DNA of 63,759 bases, filler included, from Aduncisulcus paluster (lineage: Eukaryota), in NCBI GenBank assembly GCA_024181965.1. It is 14 parts of 14 records of this genome, joined end to end, with 100 filler letters (N's around TTAATTAATTAA, not from the genome) between each part and the next. Parts side by side here need not be neighbours in the genome. Positions count along the whole stretch, not along the records: positions 1 to 25,839 come from BQXS01000057.1; positions 25,940 to 30,980 come from BQXS01000063.1; positions 31,081 to 33,842 come from BQXS01000064.1; 11 more parts are not named here. One strand, given 5' to 3'. How positions within the stretch are numbered: position 1 is the first letter of the stretch; each line of letters begins with the position of its first letter. Position numbers and translations under genes: made by a program. Under the pieces are notes generated by a model that was given only the letters and a program-made list of their open reading frames with translations, did not search any database and was not told the origin of the DNA. Shown here in pieces: positions 22,914-33,942 of this stretch.

Positions 22914-23620
22914 TGAATTTTTTATAATAANNNNNNNNNNNNNNNNNNNNCATCATCAGATAATTGAGTTAATCCGCTTTCTTTTCCAATGTAGCTATTT
23001 TAACCCGTAAATGATGATTATCTTCCTTTAAAGTTTTAACTTGCCCTTTAAGAGTCGAATTTTCTTCACTTAACTCCAAAATCTTTTTTGATAATGTATC
23101 TGTCGTTTCAACTTTCTTTTCACTTAGTATTTCTCTGATAAAATCCATGGCATCAGCTGGTTTCTCAGCAGAAGAATAGATTTGGACAACAGCTTTGGCT
23201 AATTGGTCTAACACGCCGTTTGATTTGATATAGTCAATAAATGCTTGCTTTTTTGCTTCAGACATTGAATTTTTTATAATAAGATACTCGATATATTTCT
23301 ATGTGTTGCAAAAACCAAAATTCATTATATCTTCTGATTAAAACCATGAAATTCAAAATTCATGTTAAAATATGAGGAATTAGAAGTGTTAAAGCTAAAG
23401 TTATTTATTGTTGAAACGCGAGAGGCAATGTAACTTAGTCAGGATTTTGCTCACCTTTTGGTGGCCCTCCTGGAATAAAAAGAAGCTATTATCCAAGTTT
23501 TTCAAAACCAATATATCATGATAGGCTGATATCTAATATTTAAATATCTCTCTGCGTAAAGTACAAGTGGCTACACAAAATGATGGATTTAATCGTGTAT
23601 TTCTTGCCAGTACGAGATAG

Positions 23621-25839
23621 ATGTTTGACATATTGTTATATTATTTGTCATATTTTTTAGTATTTATAATTTTATCTCATATTCCCTTTTCGTTCCCACT
23701 GGCCTATAATGCACCCTTTTCACCAATTAGCTTTTCTTCGACTCTCGATGAAATAAGATTAACCGAATTAAATATTGCAGGTAATATGACGATTAATGAT
23801 ATCAGTTTGTTTTATAGGAATTCTGCAATAGATTCTTTAACTCTTTCTAGTGACACTCTTTCTATACCGATATGTCATTCCGAAACATTATCTCAGTTTA
23901 ACACATATATTGAAACAATTTTTCCAGATTTAAGCTCGTATTCCGGAGGGAATAATTGCTCTCTGAATGAATCTGGACAAGATATCTGTCTATCTTCGAA
24001 CTCAGCATGTCCATCAATAATTCAGAATGAAATTTATGACGGAGAGAAAAAATGCTCACACATTGCGAAATCTGATAATTCCTCTGGATCATTAATATGT
24101 TATACATTTCACAATGAAAATCTACGCAATTATTTTATAAGTAATTTCCCTAATCTTCCAGAAACATCTGGAATGATTAGTATAGCTTCAATTAGATCAA
24201 CAATATCGGGTTCTTTTGACATCTCCACAGTTATTGCAAATTTTGGTTCTGTGACTTCACTCCGAGGTCTTGAATATGCGACCGGTCTCGTAGAATTAAA
24301 CCTTAATCAGTATTCATTGGATGGAACTATCCAGGAGCAATCATATATGAGTGAAGATGCAAGATACGATCGGTTAGTTGTCAAAATATTAACTCATTCC
24401 GCTTCAAATAACTCTCATTCTCATTCAGGAGTTTCGATATTATCATTGAGTGGAACTGGTATTCTTTCAATTGAAGATGTTCTTGATGTTGATGATATTG
24501 ATGCTGACGATTATGCCACGTCTCCTTTCAATCTCACTTATCTCGACCTCTCTGACAATGCCATTTCTGATGTGTCTATTCTTCTCACAAGCCCTCTATT
24601 CCTCCATGATTCCAGTGCTATCCTCTCAACCCTTGTGCTTGACAACAACCTGATCTGTGATCCCGATGGAGTGTCGTCTGTGCTTAAGGATAGTTCCTTC
24701 TTCGGGTCTTCCCTCAACTTGTCCATTGAGGATCAGACATGCATGTGCTCAATGCCTGTCTCATTCAGCAATCATCAAGTGTGTCGCCAAGTCTCATCAG
24801 GAAGGTGGAATGTTGAGTGTTGGAAAGGGTATTATTATGATGAGACAACAAAGTCTTGCATTGAGGCATCTTCTTCCACCAATCTCTCCTATTGTGAGAG
24901 TAATTATAGACTTCAGGCAGTTAATGATTCGGGTACATGTGAATGCCGTTCATCATGGTATGGTACTGAGTGTAATGATATGTATAGTGTTAATATCCCT
25001 GATAAAGCACTTAGGAACAGTTTATGTACTCAGATTGGGTCTTCATCTGGCTGTGACATCCCCATGTCTCTTCTTGCAAATATTTCAGGATCATTTTCCA
25101 TTCCATCTTCAACTATTGACCTTACTGGGGTTGAATATCTCATTGGAATATCCGAGATTGTGTTAAATAGTCCAAACCTAACAAATACAACCCCTTTGTC
25201 AAAGCTTTCACAACTTGTAAATATTGTGGGTTACGCTACTGATAATTTCGTGTATGCTCTCGATCATCTTGATCTTTTTTCAGTGGGTCGATTAACCGGT
25301 TCCACCATATTCGGCGGTTATTTGAACGATATCACTCCATTTTATCGGAGTATTAGTATGCATCACTTTGAAACCTCTTGGGTTGACGGTTCACACAATT
25401 ATCGTTCTCCTATCTGCAGAAGTGAACAGGATAATGTTTTTTGGGACTTTTTGAGCGATGTTTTCCCTCTTTTGGGAAATGTGACTTCTGGTTACTCCTT
25501 ATCTTGGGATATCATGCCCAATAATTGTCCCTTTTCCTTATCTTTAACTCCCTATGTATGTGCCGGTGCCTACTGTCCTTCCTTGATTTTGAATCAAATA
25601 TACAACATTTCAACAGAATCAATCGAGTGTGCTGCAATTGCATATCAAGATGGTTCTATTTGTCACACTATCCATGATCCATATCTAAGAACAATCCTTG
25701 TTAATTCCTCTTCTGACATCACTTTGAATTCTTCAATTGTGACTGTGGATACTTTACGTCAATCATCACTCGCAACACTAAGTATTGGAACTTCTGACTG
25801 GAGTAATGTTACCAAGCTTCAAGGACTTGAGTATCTTGG
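23621..25839 (+). CDS. Internalin-like LRR / EGF-like Cys-rich surface protein (3' partial)
   Basis: LTYLDLSDNAISDVS, LRGLEYA, IPDKALR cap, GVEYLIGI..PLSKLSQL LRRs; CECRSSWYGTEC EGF motif; hydrophobic N-terminus. Confidence 0.8.
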
Positions 25840-25939
25840 NNNNNNNNNNNNNNNNNNNNNNNNNNNNNNNNNNNNNNNNNNNNTTAATTAATTAANNNNN
25901 NNNNNNNNNNNNNNNNNNNNNNNNNNNNNNNNNNNNNNN
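25840..25939. other. Artificial contig-joining linker (first of 13)
   Basis: N-run, TTAATTAATTAA (stops in six frames), N-run; also at 30981, 33843, 37429, 41830, 44366, 47062, 49680, 52178, 54621, 57143, 59473 and 61727. Confidence 0.97.
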
Positions 25940-26328
25940 TTTGATATAGTGCTTATTCCTATATCAATTTCAAAATGTGTTTTTATAAACATTTGGGCCT
26001 CCTCAAGCGTTATCGAGGGATTTACCCATAAAACATGGCTAAAAAAGTGCATTCTCTGTTCCAAAGACAATTTTGTCTTCCTTCCTCTGCTTTCTTTGTC
26101 GGATTTTTTGGCAGATTCTTGATCTGTCATGATTTCGTCTATTTTGGACATCCATCGTTGAATTGTCCGTTCCGAACGGCCCATCGTACGCATTACATCA
26201 TCTCGACTGCATTTCTGAAGGATTATGCGTCTTACTATACCCCTAATGGTGAGTTTTTTGAAGTGGTGCTTATCTAGGGGGTTATCCTTAGTTAACATTG
26301 AAAAGCCACTAATTTGATCACTTTCCAT
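25940..26328 (-). mobile_element. IS630/Tc1-mariner family transposase, N-terminal HTH region (truncated by contig end)
   Basis: SRDDVMRTMGRSERTIQRW HTH, RGRKTKLS linker, NPSITLEE...HFEIDIGISTIS second HTH. Confidence 0.8.
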
Positions 26329-27311
26329 TATTATCTTGATATATTATAAGAATAAAAAGATGGTTCCATAAGAAATTTGATTTTTTATTTTTATTTTTAT
26401 TCGCTCTCATTTCACCTCTATGTTGTGAATAAACGACATTTCCAAAAAAAACAGCAATATTTGTGAATCTTTAAAAAAACGAGTTAGATTGAAAATGATA
26501 GAATCTAAAAACAACTATTTATTTTGCATATATTAATAACAAAATTTAGAAAATAAGATTCCGTTAGATACTCCTAACTAAGCATCAGGTAAAAAAATGA
26601 TCATGTAAAGTAAGAATGAAAGATCCCCAACAATTTATATAAAAAAACAAAACAAGATAAATTTTTTCATTTTTTGTCAAAAAAAAGGGGGATTGAACCC
26701 AATGGCCACTCATTTATATGTTATTTCACATAGGGTGAAAGTGAAAACGTGAAAACACAACAAAAGAACAACAATCAACAGAAAGATAGGAATAGAAAGA
26801 AAGATATAGAGATTGATAGATGAGGAAAAGGGAGAGAGCGGAGAAGAAGAAGGAGAAAACAGAGAGAAAACAATAGAAAATATCAAGGCCCTTGAGACAA
26901 ATTGAGGGAAACTTATACACGAGGAAGAAAGAAAAAAAACAAAACAGGATGATTCACTGTTTCTGGCACGTCAAACGAGACCCAATCACACACAACATTA
27001 ACATTAATGCAACGAAAGGATCAACAAAGTTATATATAAATATTAAATTCTTACAGATCTGGGTGGGAACAAAAAGAGAGATATTGAGAAATGATAATAA
27101 AAAAGAAGGAAAGAAGAGATAAGCTTGAAGTTGAAGGTAGAGGAAATGAAATGAAACAATAATCATCCAATTATGAATAATAAAAAACAATGTTTGGTTT
27201 TTTATCATACAGCAGACAGGGCAAAAGATGAACACCAATCACGTTAACCAAAATAAAGTGTTCGTGTCGATCATAATACAACACTCTATGAACTGCGAGA
27301 CAGTAGTAGTA

Positions 27312-27610
27312 TATGTACAGTATATAGTACAGCTATACAAAATATAGTAACAGTATAATTATAATAAACCATTTCACAGTGTATCATCAGTATTAGAATT
27401 AGATCGCAGGGTGTGACATGTCTTGAAAAATCATATAATTATTTATATATACACGAACATATTATTCGCAAGGATAATAATAATAATAATAATAATAATA
27501 AAAGATCTAGGTAACAATAATTATTCAGGTATATATATTCCAACTATATAAAAAAGGGAGTATAGTACACAAATACACTATACAACTTGGGCTAGTACAG
27601 TATAGTACAG
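27312..27610 (-). promoter_or_regulatory. Cluster of Pumilio-response-like elements in the putative PUF 3' UTR
   Basis: Minus strand: TGTACATA (27312-27319), TGTATATA (27446-27453), TGTACTATA x3 (27323-27331, 27561-27569, 27601-27609) and further TGTA cores. Confidence 0.5.
27474..27501. repeat. (TAA)n microsatellite
   Basis: About nine TAA units. Confidence 0.9.
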
Positions 27611-28736
27611 TAAATAAAAACTGACAATTTTCAAAATCCTCCTCAATCCCATTCCGGATAATGTAAGAAAATATGTTTAAAATGATACTTATTGTTTTAA
27701 AATTAAAATATAGTTTTTAAAAATAAATAAATATAGGAAATTAAAGACAAAAAAAAGCCATTCCTCGGATATATATATAGATATGTAAAAAAAAAAAAGA
27801 AAAATAACAGACATCAGCAAATTAATACACCACACAAATTAAACGGTTTCGAAAAAAACTGATCTAAATTTAGAAATAAAATGTATTTAAAATGAATCCA
27901 GAAAAATACAACAGAAAAATACATGAATCATATTCTGGACACTTTCATACATTTGATCTCAAATCTATGGAAATAAATCTAATAAAACTCTAAAACGCAA
28001 TTGTTGTGGTTTTGTTTTTTTAAAAAAAATATATTGGAGTTGAAAAAGCAAAAGTTGTACACTCGAGCAGCGAAAACCAACAATTCCCAACCAGAGATGA
28101 ATTTCTACTGATATTTCGGGAAAGCCACAATGAAAAGGAGAGGAGAGAACAGAAAACGGGATAATATGAAGCAGGAAGAGAGAGAGTAACTATTATTATG
28201 AGGGAAGATAGATAGCAACTTGCAATGAAGGCAAGTATCTACGCGCACAAACAATATCAGTTTTAACATTGAAAAATTAATTGGCTATTATTATTATTTT
28301 GAGTGAAAATTGGATTGATATAGTCATATAATTTTGTTAATTTTTGGGGAAAAAAGAAAGTTGAAAATTTTTATAAGTTCTATAAAACGAAAACACAAAA
28401 ATGTTGTACAATTATTTTCCGAAATTTTCTATCTNNNNNNNNNNNNNNNNNNNNAGAAAACGGGATAATATGAAGCAGGAAGAGAGAGAGTAACTATTAT
28501 TATGAGGGAAGATAGATAGCAACTTGCAATGAAGGCAAGTATCTACGCGCACAAACAATATCAGTTTTAACATTGAAAAATTAATTGGCTATTATTATTA
28601 TTTTGAGTGAAAATTGGATTGATATAGTCATATAATTTTGTTAATTTTTGGGGAAAAAAGAAAGTTGAAAATTTTTATAAGTTCTATAAAACGAAAACAC
28701 AAAAATGTTGTACAATTATTTTCCGAAATTTTCTAT

Positions 28737-30728
28737 CTATTTTCCTTTTCTAGGCTTGGAGGGGAAAGATCCAGTCTTCATGGCATGTTCAACAGCCCTG
28801 ACCAAATGAGCACTGTATTTCTGGATTCGAAGAGAAGAGTCACTCTGGATTAAATGCATCAATTTGGACTTTTGTTCGGGAGTTCCATACTCAAGGGCAC
28901 GTTGAACACAGTAATTTCCAAACTTGTCACTGACCAACACACCGAGGGATTCAATGATAGAGTCAATAATGATACGTTTTTGCTCATCTGTTCCAACAAC
29001 AATGCATCTCTCAATCACATTGCTGCTGAACTTGTGAGTACTCAAGGCAACTGCTTTGTCGGTGAATTGCTCCACAATCTCATGTTTGAGGCTAATGTCA
29101 ATGTCACTCTGGTCAATAGCAGTCTGAACAACATAGTTTCCATAGCTGTTGCTGGCAAGAGGTACGGCTTCATCCTTCATCCCTAAGACAATGGGAGTCA
29201 CTTGCTCTCTGACACCATGCTCCAGGAGACGCTGGATGACACGGCAAGCATATGGGTGCATGGAGAGTTGAACAACATCATCAGCTTCAATGGCTTTGAT
29301 CATAAAGTCGACTTCCTTGGGAACAACCAGTTCAAGGGCCCGTTGGCACACATGGTTGGCATTTTGATCCTTCATGAGGGCAACAACTTCTCCGCGAATC
29401 TCCTGGACGAGTTCAATCTTCACGGCATCGCTTACAACCTCAAGGGCTTTTTGGACGACACGGCATCCATAAACATGGTACGAGAGATACAAAATACGCT
29501 TGCGAAGCTTACGACCAAGCATATCCTTCTTTGGGAGCTCACTGACTTCCAAAAACTTCTGGTAGATATAGTTTGCGAAAGGATCAACGACCATATCCAT
29601 GGCATTCTCATGAACACACTCGAACAAGATGGCAATATGGGCAGGATTGGTTAAGAATGACTGAATGAGCCGAGAGCCATTCTGATCCTTGGCAAGAGAG
29701 GTAAAATGAGTCACAATATCCTCAATGGGACTCATTCTAGTGAGATGAACACCCCGCTTTGTGTTGATAACAATATCTTCAAACTGGTTCAACGAACGAC
29801 TGGCACCATGAGAACGAGGGGGGACATGGTGCCTTGGAGCTTGCATATGACCCATGGGGTGGCCCACAGGGTGACCAGGAACATAACTAGGGGCATATCC
29901 AGGAGGGAGTTGAACAGGTCCTCTGGACATCATTGGGGGAGGCATTGTATGGCCAGGAACATAAGAAGGAGGGAAATAACCGGGAGGAGCACCAGGATAG
30001 ACATAATATGGATGTACTCCGGGAGGCATGGCCTGGAATGAAGTCGGAGGGTATTGAGAAGCCTGTTGAGGAGGGCCGGGATATGAAGGAGGAGAAGTTG
30101 AATGTACAGGGATACGTTGAAGTTTTGAAGAAGGTAATGATTGCGAATGAGATAAATAAGGGTGGTCAAAGGTAACATTTGAACTGGGAGGATGCTGTTG
30201 ATGAGGCTCGAAGAATTTACCAGTCTCACCCTCGCTACCATACCTTTGGGGTCCACTATGGCTCAAATGACTTGAAGAATAGGGTTGATAAGATCCTTGA
30301 GAAGTAAAACGAACCGAAGAACTGCTTGGACGGTCTCTGCCCCGTTCATCTGGCCCATCACGACCTGCAGGGGGAGCTGAGAAAACTTGAGGTCTTGAAG
30401 ACTCGGTAGTAATACGAGAAAAAAATGGTTCAAGGTGGTCTCTCTCACTAGAAGGCATTGGGGAATGAGAAGACGGTATTTGTGAGTCGATAGCAACTTT
30501 TGTATTAGGGGATAACGGACGCGAAGTAATTTGAGTTTGACCAGGATTAGAAAATGATCCGTGTGGTTCTATTGAAGAATGAGGCATGTCTGACAGAGAG
30601 AAGATGGAGAAATGATCTCGAGACCTAATAAATGAAAATGAACAAAATAAACAAAAAAATTAGAATTTAAACGCGATATAGACTAAATAAATACAACTAT
30701 TTCAATTATGAACGTACATGTTTTGCAT
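28737..30728 (-). CDS. PUM: Pumilio/PUF RNA-binding protein (main ORF 28737-30587; predicted 11-nt first exon 30728-30718)
   Basis: Eight PUF repeats with recognition triplets SRQ, NYQ, CRQ, NHQ, CRQ, NYQ, SNE, NYQ; P/Q/H/Y-rich N-terminus; GTACGT...TTAG intron at 30717-30625 joins in frame. Confidence 0.95.
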
Positions 30729-31460
30729 TTGGTGGCAAGATCTGGGGTAGGAGAGCAATTTGAATGATTTTGATAATCACCATGAAAATGCATGAAAATG
30801 AGAAACAGCATAATCAAGAATTTGATAACAATCTTTCATCAAGAAAGACATTTTATTATTTTTTTTAATTTATTTTTTCATGGATATTGATAATTTTGAA
30901 GCGTTATCCGCTTTATCACAAGTTCAAGAATTATGTACTTTATCTTCTCCTGCTGTTCCTTTACAGCCAAAAAAATATTCNNNNNNNNNNNNNNNNNNNN
31001 NNNNNNNNNNNNNNNNNNNNNNNNTTAATTAATTAANNNNNNNNNNNNNNNNNNNNNNNNNNNNNNNNNNNNNNNNNNNNGTTGATAATATATCGTATTG
31101 TTTTGTTTTACTGCTTCCTTTATCTCTCAATGTTCAGTATCTCCCGTGCATTCATATCAGACATCTGAATCAAAAGACTATCCATGTTCTTCCTCATCCT
31201 CAAAGATACTCAATGAACATCCTTCACGAAATCAGAGCGATCATGATGGTCATGTCCATCGTTTGTTCTTGCTCTTCGCTCGGATGCTCTTCTTCATGGT
31301 TATATGTTCATCAATATGCATGGTCTGCAAATGTTTTATTTCTTTGCTTGTGTTGTAGACGTAAGCGAGAAGTTACATGTGTTCCCCATTGAGAAAATAG
31401 ATAATAAATCTGCAATTTGAAATGACTTCATGGTAGTATTCCATACCTATCGTGGAATGG

Positions 31461-31598
31461 AATTCAGTTGTAATTCACTATATTTTCAGTTGTAACAAAT
31501 TATATTTTCAGTTGTAATATAGGTTCCACTTGTAATTCAGTTGTAACGAATTATATTTTCAGTTGTAATACAGGTTCTACTTGTAATTCAACTGAAAA
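31461..31598. repeat. Complex tandem repeat (~51-bp unit x2, built from TTCAGTTGTAA motifs) ending in an inverted copy
   Basis: Two near-identical 51-bp units starting at ~31485 and ~31536, then TTCAACTGAAAA, which is the reverse complement of the core. Confidence 0.85.
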
Positions 31599-32180
31599 AT
31601 TTTTATTTGTGTCGTTGTGTATTAGCGCTAAACAGATACTTTCTCGTAACAACATGAAAAGACACGTCTTATAATTATATCCATTGGATAATATATTTGT
31701 TCACATACAGATATGGCTTCAAGAATCACTTCATCAAATACACTTGGAATCCAAGTCTTGGATCTTCAAGATCTCAAGTTGAGAAATGTAAAATGTTCTG
31801 CACTCATTTCGAAACATGCCATGTGAGTGAGTGCAATTGTAGCAAATGAAAGTCAAAGAGATTCTTACGTTTTCCAGCAATATACAGACAATCTGGAGAC
31901 AGAACGGATTGTTCGATTCTCAGGGGATCTGAGATAACGACTAGAGGTTGTGTCAAGTCTTAGAAGTTTTGTATTGTTTAATTGATAATTTTGGAAGAGA
32001 GGTGGGAATATCATCTCGAATGAAAACAAGGGAGTTGATCCAAAAATCTCGACTATTCTTATCAGACATCTGACAAATGACTATTTCTGTCAGAAATTTT
32101 CTGAGAAGACTGACACGCGACAGACACAAGGGAATAAAAGAACATTGTCCTTCTTTGCAGAAAATATCAGTATTATCGGA

Positions 32181-33236
32181 TTATTTCCATGGAAGTAGAG
32201 ATAATCGTTCAGCTGCAATGATTTCCTCGGGCATAGTAAATACAAGGGAGTGTATCCAGAAATCTCGACTATTCTTATCATCCCACTTTCCTTTCCCTTC
32301 AACCTCACACAATACAACGTTATCCAAATCAATAGGAAGGAAGTGCCATTCATATAAATTTTCAGGTCTTGTGAATTCATACTTCCTGGATGTCTCCTTA
32401 CCATCACAATCAGTGAAAGTGAAGAGAAGAGAGGGAGAACTCCAACTACAATGAACACAGATATAAGCACCTTTCATTGGACTAGGTGTGAAAGGGATGG
32501 AAATATGGGATAGTTCAACACAATCCTCTCCTTTTAACATTTTTTGTGCATCTGAACTCTGATCATACCCCTCAGATTCCTTACTATACACATCATCCTT
32601 GCACTTAACCATTGAGAATGAAGGATCTACAAGCTTTGGATCATCTCGTGGAATGGGAATAGAATATCTTCCTCCTTCCTTAACAAACTCTGGTTTCACA
32701 ACTTGAGCTTCAGACCAAAGTTTCTCTCTGGCTTCACGAGATTTGATTTCTTCAGGAGTTTCTTCTCTAATGAAAACAAGGGATTCGATTCCAAAACACT
32801 CTCTCCTTCTTCCTTTCCCTGTAATCTCACACAGAACAACATCAGGGAGATCAACAGGAAGGAAATACCAATGTGCATCTTCAAATTCAGGAAATTCGTA
32901 TTTCTTTGATGTTTTCTCACCCTTTGAAGACGTGAGAGTGAAGTTAAGATGCGATGGAGGTGAAGGATCACCATGTAGACAGATATAAGCCCCTTTCATT
33001 GGGGAAGATGAAGAGAAAGGAATGGAGATATGGGTATATTGTCCATAATTACAGTCTCCTTTCATCATCCCTTGTGCTATATGGGTATCATACCCGACAA
33101 GATGATCTTGTCCACAATTACCCTGTGCACTCTTAACATTGGGGGAATCTCTAGGAATTGGACAGCAATTGATATATCCTTCATGAACAAACTCAGGTTC
33201 CACGGTTTGAATAACAGCATCTGTGGATGAACTCAT
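32181..33236 (-). CDS. MSSSTD family tandem DOC/APC10-like domain protein, short form (copy A)
   Basis: Two internal repeats (HISIPF..SPMKGAYIC..S.L.FT.T...G.KTS.KYEF...W.FLP.DL..VVLCE..GKG..F.I.SLVF); paralogous to 42606, 57692 and 60253. Confidence 0.85.
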   Translation of the reverse strand: MSSSTDAVIQTVEPEFVHEGYINCCPIPRDSPNVKSAQGNCGQDHLVGYDTHIAQGMMKGDCNYGQYTHISIPFSSSSPMKGAYICLHGDPSPPSHLNFTLTSSKGEKTSKKYEFPEFEDAHWYFLPVDLPDVVLCEITGKGRRRECFGIESLVFIREETPEEIKSREAREKLWSEAQVVKPEFVKEGGRYSIPIPRDDPKLVDPSFSMVKCKDDVYSKESEGYDQSSDAQKMLKGEDCVELSHISIPFTPSPMKGAYICVHCSWSSPSLLFTFTDCDGKETSRKYEFTRPENLYEWHFLPIDLDNVVLCEVEGKGKWDDKNSRDFWIHSLVFTMPEEIIAAERLSLLPWK

Positions 33237-33842
33237 TTGAATAGAGATAGAATTTCTTATCTAAAAAAAACAAAAACAAGCAGAATAATGAATGAATCCG
33301 GTTAAAATATTTCTTAATATGCATTTAACAAAAGAAATGACATATATTAAACATACAATTTGCTTGTACGACGAGAAAAAATGGAGGACTGAACAAGCAA
33401 CTCTTCAATAGATAAGATTGGAAAATTAAAAAAACACATATAAACGAGTTAAATGCTGGTAAATGATAAAAACATGTTTTATTTTCATTTCCATGCCATG
33501 GTGTTTATTCTCGATATCTCAGGCTTTTGGAGAACCCTCAGGACTGGATATAGTTCCATTTCACGTGTTAAGAACATTTATGAACGATTTCAATGCTATT
33601 CAATAACATGGATATATTTCCATTTCATTTCTATCCTTATCCTTGCCTTTCTGTTCATTTTCACTTGCTTTTGCTTACAATCAAAAATATCAAGAACTCG
33701 AAATACGATGGTATACATATGTCTGTATACATATGTCTGTATACTGCTACGAATCTAATCCCCTGATGCTTCATGGAACATGACATTTCCCCGCAGTCAA
33801 ATCCAACTCCAACTCCAAATCCAACTCCAATTCCAATGCCAG
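33237..33842 (-). repeat. Conserved ~600-bp leader of the MSSSTD cassette (copy A)
   Basis: Reverse complement of 42020-42605, including the TTGGAG-type hexamer run. Confidence 0.92.
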
Positions 33843-33942
33843 NNNNNNNNNNNNNNNNNNNNNNNNNNNNNNNNNNNNNNNNNNNNTTAATTAATTAANN
33901 NNNNNNNNNNNNNNNNNNNNNNNNNNNNNNNNNNNNNNNNNN

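Noticed and set aside
22951-23282. Second, truncated MYCBP copy (22969-23265)
   Set aside because: Overlap duplicate around the 22931-22950 gap, differing only by one base in a T homopolymer
32181-33236. Diversity-generating retroelement explanation for the variable loops
   Set aside because: Variation is not adenine-specific, includes indels, and no template repeat or DGR RT is visible
33453-33758. Conserved ~105-aa ORF MLVNDKNMFY... antisense to each cassette leader, a possible partner gene
   Set aside because: Conservation simply follows repeat identity. Copy A has a 1-bp frameshift and a short duplication, stop positions vary, and no family motif is evident. Ribo-seq or dN/dS would be needed to revive it
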